DNA of 62,079 nucleotides from Burkholderiales bacterium (GTDB lineage: Bacteria; Pseudomonadota; Gammaproteobacteria; Burkholderiales; Eutrophovitaceae). Position 1 is the first letter of the stretch. Every line of letters starts with the position of its first letter. The position numbers and the translations under genes were made by a program. The stretch spans positions 1,191 to 63,269 of the forward strand of contig JAURFP010000004.1 of assembly GCA_030834275.1 (NCBI GenBank). The letters are read 5' to 3'. The notes beneath the pieces are model-generated. The model ran no database searches. It had not been told where the DNA came from and saw nothing but the letters and a program-made list of their open reading frames with translations. Of this stretch, positions 20,863 to 30,870 are shown one piece after another.

Positions 20863-21498
20863 TTAGGATTCTTTTGAACCACCACCAAAAAATCGATTTA
20901 AGAGCATTGTCTTTATCAAGTCCATTTGGTGCATAGCCAAGCGAGTACGTTTATTGAAATGGTTTAAGAATAAAACTGCGACAATCGCAATCAACAGACC
21001 CGCTCCAGTGGCCACTAGAGCCTCAGCGATACCACCCGTAACCATCTTCGTCGTATTTTCTGTTGAGCCAGCAGTGCCCAATACATCAAACGCATGAACC
21101 ATTCCAATAATGGTTCCAAGTAGCCCCATTAGAGGTGCTAGCGTGACAGACGTATCTAATACCCAGATACTTTTATCAATTTTCGGTAGCTGCCACATAA
21201 TAGATTCTTCTAGTTGACGATCCATCGCCTCTGGATTGTCCCGGCGTGATGAAAGCGCAGAGGAGATGAGCGATGACTGAAGCGTGTCAGCATAATGAGA
21301 TTCGAGCTCACGAAGTTGGTTAACGCTCTGATACTCAACTTTTTGAAGATCATGTTCCAGCGCATCTCCGCTTTTTAAAACGCGATGATAGAAATACAGA
21401 CGCTCGACGATTACTGTCAACGTGATCAACAGAAGCAGCCCCATTGCAGGCAGCAACCCCCCAGACATCTTGCTAAAGTGAATGATTGTGTCAACCAT
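20863..21498 (-). CDS. exbB: ExbB/TolQ/MotA family proton channel
   Basis: TLAPLMGLLGTIIGM, GIAEALVATGAGL; start at 21498 or 21516. Confidence 0.92.
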   Translation of the reverse strand: MVDTIIHFSKMSGGLLPAMGLLLLITLTVIVERLYFYHRVLKSGDALEHDLQKVEYQSVNQLRELESHYADTLQSSLISSALSSRRDNPEAMDRQLEESIMWQLPKIDKSIWVLDTSVTLAPLMGLLGTIIGMVHAFDVLGTAGSTENTTKMVTGGIAEALVATGAGLLIAIVAVLFLNHFNKRTRLAMHQMDLIKTMLLNRFFGGGSKES

Positions 21499-21555
21499 CT
21501 TCCCATCCCCCATCATTTTTTATTAGATCATTCAAACCAAAAAAATTAATTAGCG

Positions 21556-22575
21556 TTAGCGCGTCGATACAGGTGGATAAAACGGCATTCCGTAGCGCTC
21601 AACGATACGTTTGATCTCCCCCGATTTGAGCATTTCTGCAAAAGCATCATCTATAAATTTTTTAAAATCTATCTCTCTTCTTTTAACAACCCATGCGCTA
21701 TCCCAACGCATCTCGGGTACCGGTACATATCCGTCAGCCATTTCAAATTCCGCCTCTGGGCGATCCAGTTTTGCCTGGGAGATAGCACCCGACCAAATCA
21801 TGCCCGCATCAACCTGCCGCTTTATGAGCGCATCGACCACTCGGTAATTCTGAAAAAAAGTCTCGTTCGGAATCGCATGCTCTTGAGCATAATCGCTCAT
21901 GGGTGAATAAGCCGGAAGTCCAACCTTAACCCCTAGTTTTTTAATGTCATCCAAGCTCTTTGCTCCTCTTGCAGGGCCTTGTGTCACCAAAACAAACCCG
22001 GTACTCATAAAGGGAGCGGTAAATACCAGGTCACCACGATTCATCTGGTGATCATCATCGCCCGTAATGGTTAAGCCAAGAACAATGTCACAACGTCCGC
22101 GGTTGATAGACTGATCGTAAGCCCCTCCTGGAGCCCCAGGCCCAAACCGAGTCGACATATTTACCCACATCATCGCTACGTTCCAGTTATGTTTTTTAGC
22201 AATGGCGTTCAAGATTTCTATTTCTAAACCATCAGGCTCGTTTTTCCTCGACGTTCTGGAAAATGGCCAAAACCATCCATCGGCACAGGCTAGGATCGTA
22301 TTTAATTCCTTGGTCCGATCCATGGCATTCATCTTCTCCACCTCTCCAGTGACCCCAACAGATCGATAATTTTTATATCCGGCGCGATAAAGAGGGTCAG
22401 AAAGCGGTTCAAACACCTCCGGCTCGATATATCCCATTTTCGGTCCACGGTTTCTACCGTAAACATACTCATCCTCCAACTGAATCGGCTTAGAACCATC
22501 CTGGGCGAGGACAAACACTGGTAGTTGTGCGAGTATCAGAACTAGAGAAAATAAGGAAATAAATGAGCTTCTCAT
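21556..22575 (-). CDS. MxaJ/XoxJ-like quinoprotein-associated periplasmic binding protein with N-terminal extension (paralogue of 57969-58814)
   Basis: Signal peptide; ACAD..WPFS, GLEIEI, GRCDI, C-terminal YGMP; family-3 SBP pattern; start at 22575 or 22590. Confidence 0.78.
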   Translation of the reverse strand: MRSSFISLFSLVLILAQLPVFVLAQDGSKPIQLEDEYVYGRNRGPKMGYIEPEVFEPLSDPLYRAGYKNYRSVGVTGEVEKMNAMDRTKELNTILACADGWFWPFSRTSRKNEPDGLEIEILNAIAKKHNWNVAMMWVNMSTRFGPGAPGGAYDQSINRGRCDIVLGLTITGDDDHQMNRGDLVFTAPFMSTGFVLVTQGPARGAKSLDDIKKLGVKVGLPAYSPMSDYAQEHAIPNETFFQNYRVVDALIKRQVDAGMIWSGAISQAKLDRPEAEFEMADGYVPVPEMRWDSAWVVKRREIDFKKFIDDAFAEMLKSGEIKRIVERYGMPFYPPVSTR

Positions 22576-22748
22576 TGGTATATAAATCAAAGTGGAACAG
22601 CTCTTTTGAGAACCGCCATCAAAAATGGACTTGATCTAAAAATGGTGGATTGATTCATCTATATTTACTTTAAAATCTGACTCTACAGACGTCAAAGTGG
22701 ATCGATACTACACTATTTGATTAAGCAAGTTAATTATCAGAAATCAGA

Positions 22749-23540
22749 ATGTCCAAAGAGATCGAGTCTGCAAAACTCCTAAAGAAGCAGCACAACGAGC
22801 GACGAAATTTTGAGGCGCTTCCCGAGCACCTAAATCCAGTTGACGATAACGAAGCGTATGCAATACAAGATTGTTTATTTGATTTACGCAAAGTTGAGTA
22901 TGGCGACGTAGCAGGTTATAAAGTTGCCCTTACCTCCGAAGTCATGCAAACGATGCTGAGTTACCCCTCACCATTCTCCGGTCCACTACACGAGAAACTT
23001 ATTTACCAAAATCCAAAAACTCTACACTCGTCTGAATATGGCCGACTTTGTATCGAGTGTGAGTTAGCGGCGGTTGTAGGTAGCGACATAAAATTTAGAG
23101 ATACCCCCTACTCTGCTCAGGAAATTGAAAGTTATGTAAGCACAATCGCTCCTGCTTTAGAAATAGTAGATGATCGAAATGCGGACTATCAGTCGATCAC
23201 CGAACTCGTAAGAACTCTTATCGCAGATAATGCTTGGAATGCCGGAGTAGTAGTGGGTAATCTCACAACGAACTGGCGTGATATCGATATTCGGAATATG
23301 TGCGGCACGGTTAGTATTTGCGGTATCGAAACTGGCGTTGGATTTGGAAGAGATGTCCTTGGCGACCCGATGAATGCGTTGGCTTGGTTAGCAAATAGCA
23401 TCACGAGTCGAGGGAAGACGATTGAGGAAGGAATGATTATCATGACCGGGACCATGATTAAAACGCAGTTTGTGGGACCAGGGGATATTCTCGAATTTAA
23501 TATCCCAGAGTTGGGTTCCGTAACTGCAAAAATAGACTAA
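22749..23540 (+). CDS. FAH-superfamily 2-keto-4-pentenoate hydratase-like protein
   Basis: GYKVALTS, IECEL, ALEIVDDR, IADNA, MTGT. Confidence 0.85.
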   Translation: MSKEIESAKLLKKQHNERRNFEALPEHLNPVDDNEAYAIQDCLFDLRKVEYGDVAGYKVALTSEVMQTMLSYPSPFSGPLHEKLIYQNPKTLHSSEYGRLCIECELAAVVGSDIKFRDTPYSAQEIESYVSTIAPALEIVDDRNADYQSITELVRTLIADNAWNAGVVVGNLTTNWRDIDIRNMCGTVSICGIETGVGFGRDVLGDPMNALAWLANSITSRGKTIEEGMIIMTGTMIKTQFVGPGDILEFNIPELGSVTAKID

Positions 23541-23567
23541 ATACATTCATGAGCTGAAGGTGCCAGT

Positions 23568-25214
23568 ATGCCAAGAAAACTAGAAACACTCCTCACCAGT
23601 ATCCGGAGATGGTTTGATATCAATATTCTTGCGATCGCTCGTGAGTTCCAGATAAGTTTTCTGCCGCCACTCATGGTTTATGTCGCTGCCGGGATATCCC
23701 CTCTCACGGCGATCGTAGGTTCGTTCTACGTAAAAGAAAGACTAGGATTGTCCGCGGAGTTTCTAGCGGCGCTAGGATTTTGGGCTATGCTCCCGTGGGC
23801 TCTGAAAATGCCTATCGGACATTTGGTGGACCTTCTTTGGAAAATCAAAAGTGCATTCGTGTATTTAGGTGCGCTAATGATTGCCACCAGTCTGATTATT
23901 ATGATCGCGCTTCTCGGATACACAGAAGAAATGACGGCGATCGCTTCCGCAGAGGTATGGTTTATCACGTCGTCCTTGCTGGCTCCAGTTGGTTACGTCT
24001 TACAAGATGTCGTTGCTGACGCGATGACCGTTGAAGCTGTGCCTCGCTTCGACCGAGAGGGGCTGGAGATCGATGAGGCAACAATTCGATCGATGCATAC
24101 AACGATGCAGTTACTGGGCAGGCTTGCGATTATCGTTGGAGGTATGTTAGTGGCGATGCTCAATGTCATTATGATGGATGGAGTATCGGCGCTCTCAGAA
24201 GCAGGGAAATTAGAGGCTTATTTATCGATATATCAAATTGCCCTAGTGATCCCGATTTCATCGGTTATCGGCGTTTTATTGTCAGCGGTTATTCGTCGTA
24301 AAAAAATAAAAACACTTATGCAATCGGGAAAATCAAAAGATGACTCTCTAAGTCTAGTCGAGTTTAAAACAGAAAAAACGGATGTTAATTGGTGGATACT
24401 TGGCGGAGGTCTGGCTTTTGCCATTTTGTCTGTGAGCGTCGGGCTCGCAGATATACCAGCTGCACAGGAAATCATTTTTGTAATTTCCTCAGCAATTATT
24501 CTCTTTCTGATGTCGATGCTGATGAAGGAATTGTCTAAGGAATCTCGACGTATTTTGATTGGTACTGCAGTTATAATTTTCGCATACCGCATGGTCCCCC
24601 TTCCTGGACCTGGCACCACCTGGTGGGCAATCGATGTCCTTGAATTTGACCAGGCATTTATTGCAAAACTATCCCTGATTGCATCTTTCCTTGCACTCTT
24701 CGGAATGATTATTTTCCGAAAATTCATGGCCGAGAAATCGATAGCCTACGTGATCGGAGCTTTAGCTATCGTTGGAAGCTTACTGATGCTGCCGGATATC
24801 GCGATGTTTTATGGATTCCACCACTGGACCGCCAACGCGACGAATGGGATCGTTGATCAGCGCTTTATCGCCGTAATAGATACCGCGATGGAGTCACCCC
24901 TCGGACAAATCGCGATGGTGCCGATGCTTGCCTGGATAGCAAATTCAGCCCCAACGAAACTCAAAGCAACCTTCTTTGCAGTGATGGCATCGTTTTCAAA
25001 CCTCGCTCTTTCGGCAGCGCAGCTGGGAACCAAGTATTTGAATAAAATTTATACGGTTAGTAGAGAGGTTAAAGACTCTGCATCAGGCCTGGTTTCCACA
25101 CCAGCCGATTATTCGGAAGTTGGAGCACTCCTCATCACTGTTGCGATCATAGCCATATCCCTCCCACTTGCATCTATCGCATTTGTCAGATTTATGCGAA
25201 TGAAGAGTGCATAA
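23568..25214 (+). CDS. MFS transporter, folate-biopterin (BT1)-like
   Basis: About 12 TM helices; PWALKMPIGHLVD, QDVVADAMTVE, ATFFAVMASFSN. Confidence 0.75.
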   Translation: MPRKLETLLTSIRRWFDINILAIAREFQISFLPPLMVYVAAGISPLTAIVGSFYVKERLGLSAEFLAALGFWAMLPWALKMPIGHLVDLLWKIKSAFVYLGALMIATSLIIMIALLGYTEEMTAIASAEVWFITSSLLAPVGYVLQDVVADAMTVEAVPRFDREGLEIDEATIRSMHTTMQLLGRLAIIVGGMLVAMLNVIMMDGVSALSEAGKLEAYLSIYQIALVIPISSVIGVLLSAVIRRKKIKTLMQSGKSKDDSLSLVEFKTEKTDVNWWILGGGLAFAILSVSVGLADIPAAQEIIFVISSAIILFLMSMLMKELSKESRRILIGTAVIIFAYRMVPLPGPGTTWWAIDVLEFDQAFIAKLSLIASFLALFGMIIFRKFMAEKSIAYVIGALAIVGSLLMLPDIAMFYGFHHWTANATNGIVDQRFIAVIDTAMESPLGQIAMVPMLAWIANSAPTKLKATFFAVMASFSNLALSAAQLGTKYLNKIYTVSREVKDSASGLVSTPADYSEVGALLITVAIIAISLPLASIAFVRFMRMKSA

Positions 25215-25233
25215 ACTTTAAAGGATGTGAAAA

Positions 25234-25698
25234 ATGTTTAAGTCGATTTCCATTCGGAATACCAAAGCTTTGGAAGCTGTGATCAGTTCGCTTGATGACG
25301 GTACTAAAAAATATAACGACCTCCGGGTGAGTTTTAACGATAGCAATCTTAAAATCAGCAGGCGTCAGGGACCGGCTATTCTGAGTGGATTCTTTCCGAT
25401 ATTTGTTGGGACCCTTAAAATTAAAGATGGAACGACGCTCTTAAACGGCTATTTTCGATTTCATATGATTGCGGTTGGTTTGCTACTCGGCTTTATCGGC
25501 TCTTCTTTGATTAACCTCTTCAACATACTCGCACAAAATAACGGTGATGCTAGCGTAATTGAGCTTCTTCTTAGCCCGCGAGCACTATTTGAACTACAAT
25601 TTTCTGGACTCTGTATTTTGGTGGCGATTTTTGCATGGCTCGGAGGAAAACCCTTCCGACAAAGAATACAGAATTTAATTATTGAAGCGTTCGAATAA
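25234..25698 (+). CDS. Hypothetical membrane protein (2 TM)
   Basis: RBS AAGGA; 154-aa ORF fills the gap and has two hydrophobic segments. Confidence 0.65.
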   Translation: MFKSISIRNTKALEAVISSLDDGTKKYNDLRVSFNDSNLKISRRQGPAILSGFFPIFVGTLKIKDGTTLLNGYFRFHMIAVGLLLGFIGSSLINLFNILAQNNGDASVIELLLSPRALFELQFSGLCILVAIFAWLGGKPFRQRIQNLIIEAFE

Positions 25699-25710
25699 TT
25701 AAGCGCTTAA

Positions 25711-26466
25711 TTATTTTTCAAAACCTCCGACGTACATTCGATTCCACGTCGGGCTGATGATGATCTGATTAACACAGGCATTTTTCGGTAACTCACTTAC
25801 ATACTTAATCGTGCTTGCCATATCATCGAGTTGAAGCATCCTAGCTCGCTCTTCTTCACTGGGGGGAATGGGTCTCGTATCAAGGATTGGAGTCGCCACC
25901 TCACCAGGACAAATTGCGCAGGCGCGAATTCCATTCACACCCTCTTCCATATTGATCGTTTCGGTAAGTGCTATAACCCCACTCTTGCTGGCGTTGTAAG
26001 CAGCTCCAGTCAACTTCGTGTGGTAGACCCCCGCCCAAGATGAAACATTAATTATTAGACCATCCGATTGAGCTCTCATTGTCGGCATAACAGAGTGCAC
26101 CGTATTGAAAATGCCATCTAAATTTGCACGGATAACCTTTTGCCATCCCTCTTTACTTTGATTAGCCCAATAACGCTCTGGAACATTCATGCCTGCGCTG
26201 TTAACCAAAATATCTATCGTTTTAAAGTCCTCGAGGATCTTGCGACTACACGATTCCACCATTTCAACGTTTGTGACATCGAGCGGGATGACACTCGAAC
26301 TGCCCCCGCGATTGCGTATCTCGGATGCTACATCTTCTAATTTTTCAGTTCTTCTTCCAGAGAGAACAACCATCGCTCCGGACTCGCTAAGCGACAACGC
26401 AGCAGCCTTCCCTATTCCAGTTCCAGCTCCCGTGACCCACGCTATTTTTCCAGATAATTTTTTCAT
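25711..26466 (-). CDS. Short-chain dehydrogenase/reductase
   Basis: TGAGTGIG, NSAG, YNASK, CPGEVAT. Confidence 0.88.
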   Translation of the reverse strand: MKKLSGKIAWVTGAGTGIGKAAALSLSESGAMVVLSGRRTEKLEDVASEIRNRGGSSSVIPLDVTNVEMVESCSRKILEDFKTIDILVNSAGMNVPERYWANQSKEGWQKVIRANLDGIFNTVHSVMPTMRAQSDGLIINVSSWAGVYHTKLTGAAYNASKSGVIALTETINMEEGVNGIRACAICPGEVATPILDTRPIPPSEEERARMLQLDDMASTIKYVSELPKNACVNQIIISPTWNRMYVGGFEK

Positions 26467-26480
26467 GCTGTAAGTATTGT

Positions 26481-27416
26481 CTAGAGGTATTTTTTCATTT
26501 CTCGCGCGGACTCAGAGATCGCATCGTTAGCAGCATCAAGAACTTTTCCCATGAGGTAGAAACCATGAATCATTCCCTCGTAATTCGAAAGCTTGACTCG
26601 ATTACCCCCTTCGATCAAAGCCTGCGCATAGCTGACTCCCTCATCTCTGAGGGGATCAAAACCCGCAACAATTACCAAGGCTGGAGGCAAGTTTGAAAGA
26701 TCACTCTCCACAAGAGGTGCGTAACGAATATCTTTCGTATCTTTCTGAGTCCGAAGATATTGCTTAAAAAACCACGTAATCGTTCGTCGTGTAAGCAAAT
26801 ACCCTTCGGAAAATTCGTGATGGGATCGAGTTTCTGGCTCAGGCGCCACACAAGGATAGACGAGCAATTGGAACCTCAGCTTTGGATATCCCTCGTTTCT
26901 CGCCAATAGCGCTACAACAGCCGCAAGATTACCCCCAGCGCTATCACCACCAACTGCAATACTCGTCACATCGCACCCGATTGAATTTGCATTGTTCGCA
27001 ACCCATTTGGTAGCCGTCCAACAGTCCTCAACTGCCGCCGGGAACTTGTGCTCCGGCGCGAGGCGATAATCTACCGACACCACGACCATATCAGCCTCGT
27101 TCGCGAGGGCACGACACGCTGAATCGTGCGTATCCAGGTCCCCGATTACAAATCCCCCACCGTGAAACCAGACTAAAACTGAAAACAACTCATTTTCTTT
27201 GGCTGGACGCGGCGTGTAAATTCTTATGCTTATAGGGCCACCCGAACCAGGAATTTTTTCATCTCTGGACTGGTAGATATCAATCTCCGGTTTGGCTCTC
27301 TGCGTCCTTTTGACGTATTCGGCACGCGCCTCATCAGGCGTGAGCTGCCACATCTCTGGAGCTCCAGATTTTTGAACCATATCCAGCAATTGTCGAGCTT
27401 GAGGATCTAGCGCCAT
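26481..27416 (-). CDS. Hormone-sensitive-lipase family esterase (alpha/beta hydrolase)
   Basis: HGGG oxyanion hole, GDSAGG nucleophile, DPLRD, HGF. Confidence 0.92.
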   Translation of the reverse strand: MALDPQARQLLDMVQKSGAPEMWQLTPDEARAEYVKRTQRAKPEIDIYQSRDEKIPGSGGPISIRIYTPRPAKENELFSVLVWFHGGGFVIGDLDTHDSACRALANEADMVVVSVDYRLAPEHKFPAAVEDCWTATKWVANNANSIGCDVTSIAVGGDSAGGNLAAVVALLARNEGYPKLRFQLLVYPCVAPEPETRSHHEFSEGYLLTRRTITWFFKQYLRTQKDTKDIRYAPLVESDLSNLPPALVIVAGFDPLRDEGVSYAQALIEGGNRVKLSNYEGMIHGFYLMGKVLDAANDAISESAREMKKYL

Positions 27417-27419
27417 ACA

Positions 27420-27830
27420 TTACACCTTTTCATTATCGCGAAATCGCAACTTAAATGTTCCCGTAGCTCTCGCCAGAGTGACGCCTGCTTCATCAGACAG
27501 CTCACCCTCAACATACAAAAGCGACCGTCCAATTTTTCGGGCCATAGCACTTGATCTCACAAGACCAACAGCAGGTCTTAGAAAGTTAGTCTTCGACTCA
27601 ATGGTCGTAGCACCAATTGCGTCCTTGTCGACTGACTTGGCACTCATCCCCATCGCCATATCTAACAAACTCATCACGATCCCACCGTGGGCACTATTCC
27701 ACGAATTCAGGTGCTCCTCACGAATTTCTAACGTAATCGTCGCTCGACCGTTTGCCTGCTCCTCAGTTCTGACCCCTAAGTGCTCAGCGAATGGGACATA
27801 AATATCAATACCAGTTGTAATTTTCTTCAT
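27420..27830 (-). CDS. PaaI family thioesterase
   Basis: HLN..AHGG..SLLD hotdog-fold motif. Confidence 0.9.
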   Translation of the reverse strand: MKKITTGIDIYVPFAEHLGVRTEEQANGRATITLEIREEHLNSWNSAHGGIVMSLLDMAMGMSAKSVDKDAIGATTIESKTNFLRPAVGLVRSSAMARKIGRSLLYVEGELSDEAGVTLARATGTFKLRFRDNEKV

Positions 27831-27853
27831 CGACAGTTTTTACTTCGAGGAAA

Positions 27854-28630
27854 TTAAACCGAAACAAAGCCTCCATCAACTGCGATGATCTGCCCGGTAA
27901 TAAACGCAGAGGCATCGCTAGCAAGTAACGCGGCAACCCCCTTGAGATCCTCTTCCCCTCCTAATTTCTTCATCGGAGTTGAATTCATAATGTGCTCCTC
28001 AGCCCGATCAATCATGCCGGCCGACATCTTTGAAGGGAACACTCCCGGCGCAATTGCATTGACCGTGATGTTGTAATGCGCCCATTCTGCTCCTAGAGAT
28101 CGCGTGAAGTTCACAACTCCACCTTTACTAGAATTGTAAGCAATTGTCGGCATAAACCCTGGCTCTGTACCAACCAAACCAGCAATCGATGCGATATTAA
28201 TTATCTTTCCATATCTGTTTGGAATCATCGATAATTTTCCAACCTGCTGGCTTAGATAAAAAGGAGCGGTAAGATTGAGATTCACGACCTTATGCCAAGC
28301 ATCCAGTGGGTGATCCTCAGCTGGAGAACCCCATGCAGCACCGGCATTGTTGATAAGGATATCGATTTTTTTATGGCGATCGATAATCCCACTCACGAGT
28401 GGAGCAGTCGCTTCTGTATCCTGCAAATCGTTTACGACCGTCTCGGCCTTCACGTTCATACCTCGGAGATGTTCACGAGCCTGATCCAACTCATCTGACT
28501 TTCTAGCCGTTATAACGACCGTAGCTCCTAACTCACCGAGAGCCTCTGCCATCTGCAATCCGAGACCGCGAGAGCCTCCAGTTATCAATGCTACCCTACC
28601 ATCTAGGTCAAACAGCTTCTTTAAACTCAT
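27854..28630 (-). CDS. Short-chain dehydrogenase/reductase (gluconate 5-dehydrogenase-like)
   Basis: TGGSRGLG, NNAGAAWG, YNSSK; ATG at 28630 with GGAG RBS. Confidence 0.88.
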   Translation of the reverse strand: MSLKKLFDLDGRVALITGGSRGLGLQMAEALGELGATVVITARKSDELDQAREHLRGMNVKAETVVNDLQDTEATAPLVSGIIDRHKKIDILINNAGAAWGSPAEDHPLDAWHKVVNLNLTAPFYLSQQVGKLSMIPNRYGKIINIASIAGLVGTEPGFMPTIAYNSSKGGVVNFTRSLGAEWAHYNITVNAIAPGVFPSKMSAGMIDRAEEHIMNSTPMKKLGGEEDLKGVAALLASDASAFITGQIIAVDGGFVSV

Positions 28631-28729
28631 TCGTCTTTTCTCCAAACTCCAAATTTATTGATTCTCAATACGTAATTTTATCAAGTGAATTTTTAATGCG
28701 TATTGCACTCCGCTAGGGTGAAAAATTGA

Positions 28730-30832
28730 TTAGTCGCCAAAGATCTTATGATCTTCGATCAACTTTAATAAGTGCGGGGACACCACCCAATGCGAACCCA
28801 AGGAGCCTGCGGCGAAGTCTCGAATTCCCTCAGCGACTTTTTCAAGACCAATGGTATTCGCATAAAACATCGGGCCTCCCCTGTATCGAGGAAATCCATA
28901 GCCAAACGCATAAATCACATCGATGTCCGATGCCCTTTGAGCAATACCCTCACTCAAAATATTTGCACCTTCGTTTACCAGGGCAAACATAAGTCTTTCA
29001 ACAATTTCTTGACTTTGAATCTCTCTTCTCTGTATGCCTTTATTTGCTGAATGAGCAATGACAATTGCATTTACTTCCTCATTCACCAGCGGAGTACGGC
29101 TGCCGTTCTCGTACTTGTAATATCCCTGGCCTGTTTTTTGCCCAAACCATCCTCTCTCGCATATTTCATCTGGAATGCTCACGTAACGCTGATCAGGATG
29201 TCTAGTTTTTGACTTTCTTTTTCTAATAGCCCAACCAATATCCAAGCCCGCTAGATCACCCATCCGAAAAGGCCCCATGGCAAAACCAAACGACTCGATC
29301 GCTTTATCCACCTCATGAGGAAGCGCCCCCTCTTCGATGAGATATTCTGCCTCTCGGATGTATCGGTGAATCATTCGGTTGCCAACAAACCCATCACAAA
29401 CACCAACACACACAGGTACTTTCTTAATCCGCTTTCCGATGGCCATCGCGGTAGCTATTACACTGGGTGAAGTTTTCTCTCCACGAACCACCTCAAGTAA
29501 TTGCATAACATTTGCAGGGCTAAAGAAATGCAGGCCAATGACTCTTTCAGGACGACTGGTCACAGCTGCAATTTCATTAATGTCGAGCGTTGAAGTGTTA
29601 GTCGCAAGAATGGCGTCTCGCTTCGCTATCGAGTCCAAAGAGCTAAACACGGATTTTTTTATTTCCATTTCCTCAAAAACAGCCTCGATAATGAGATCTG
29701 CTTCGGCCACATCTTCCAACTTCGTTGAGCCTCTTATTAAACCAATTCTCTTGTCGCGTATTTCGCTCGAAAGCTTTCCCTTGGAGACTGTCGCATCATA
29801 ATTTCTTTTTATGGTTTCAAGCCCACGCGTCAGATTGTGGTCATCAGTATCAATGATGACAACGGGAATACCAGCATTAGCGAAACTCATCGTGATGCCG
29901 GTCCCCATCGTTCCAGAACCCACAACTGCAACCGCATTCACAGCTAACTGGGACTCGTTTTTTGCAACACCAGAGACTTTATTAGCCTGCCGCTCAGAAA
30001 AGAATAAATGACGGAGCGATTTTGATTCATTAGAAACAACTAATTTTTCAAACTCTTCACGCTCAACTTTCAAACCATCCGAAAAAGGAAGGGTAAGCGC
30101 GGCCTTTACGCACTCGACAATTGCCATTGGCGCTGGATAACCGCGCCACCGAGATGCAATATCTTCCCTTGCTTTCCCAATAAATTCGTCAACACTTTCG
30201 CTCATCGAGACTTCTAATTGGCTCGCGCGTTTAATGGGTTTTCCCTCTTTGATTATTCGTCTCGACCACCTAAGTGCCTCATCATATAAATCACCCTCTA
30301 CGAGGTGCTCTACTATTCCCAAATCGAATGCATTTTTCGCCCCGATAAAATCACCATTAACCATTAGAGGTAACGCACGCTGGGGGCCAATAATGCGAGG
30401 CAATCGTTGCGTGCCACCTGCGCCAGGAAGAATTCCCAACTTAACCTCCGGAAGAGCGAGAACCGCATCAGCACTCGCAATTCGGTAATGACACGTCAGC
30501 GCCAGCTCAAGCCCACCACCCATTGTTGGTCCCGAGATCGCTGCAATAATCGGTTTTGTGACCGTATCCATATAGGCCAACAAGTCACGCAGAGTCGCTA
30601 GGTCAGGATCTTTAGGTTTACCAAATTCAGAAATATCTGCGCCACCAGAAAAATTCTTTCCAGCACCGAGGAGCAAAAAACCGCTAACTGAGGGGTCATG
30701 CTCACCCTCTTTAATAGAATCGAGAATCCCTTGAATCACGCCCTTATTAACAGACAGCGCATTTACCGGTGGATTATCAATTTTTATCGCTCCAATATTT
30801 CCCTTGACCTCATAGTGAATCAATTCAGTCAT
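28730..30832 (-). CDS. Bifunctional enoyl-CoA hydratase / 3-hydroxyacyl-CoA dehydrogenase (FadB/PimF-like)
   Basis: NPPVNAL, GGGLELA, LPEVKLG; GSGTMG, NTSTL, HFFSPAN. Confidence 0.93.
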   Translation of the reverse strand: MTELIHYEVKGNIGAIKIDNPPVNALSVNKGVIQGILDSIKEGEHDPSVSGFLLLGAGKNFSGGADISEFGKPKDPDLATLRDLLAYMDTVTKPIIAAISGPTMGGGLELALTCHYRIASADAVLALPEVKLGILPGAGGTQRLPRIIGPQRALPLMVNGDFIGAKNAFDLGIVEHLVEGDLYDEALRWSRRIIKEGKPIKRASQLEVSMSESVDEFIGKAREDIASRWRGYPAPMAIVECVKAALTLPFSDGLKVEREEFEKLVVSNESKSLRHLFFSERQANKVSGVAKNESQLAVNAVAVVGSGTMGTGITMSFANAGIPVVIIDTDDHNLTRGLETIKRNYDATVSKGKLSSEIRDKRIGLIRGSTKLEDVAEADLIIEAVFEEMEIKKSVFSSLDSIAKRDAILATNTSTLDINEIAAVTSRPERVIGLHFFSPANVMQLLEVVRGEKTSPSVIATAMAIGKRIKKVPVCVGVCDGFVGNRMIHRYIREAEYLIEEGALPHEVDKAIESFGFAMGPFRMGDLAGLDIGWAIRKRKSKTRHPDQRYVSIPDEICERGWFGQKTGQGYYKYENGSRTPLVNEEVNAIVIAHSANKGIQRREIQSQEIVERLMFALVNEGANILSEGIAQRASDIDVIYAFGYGFPRYRGGPMFYANTIGLEKVAEGIRDFAAGSLGSHWVVSPHLLKLIEDHKIFGD

Positions 30833-30870
30833 TTCTAGTTTCCTTAATTTACGATTTTTTTGAGGGGGCT

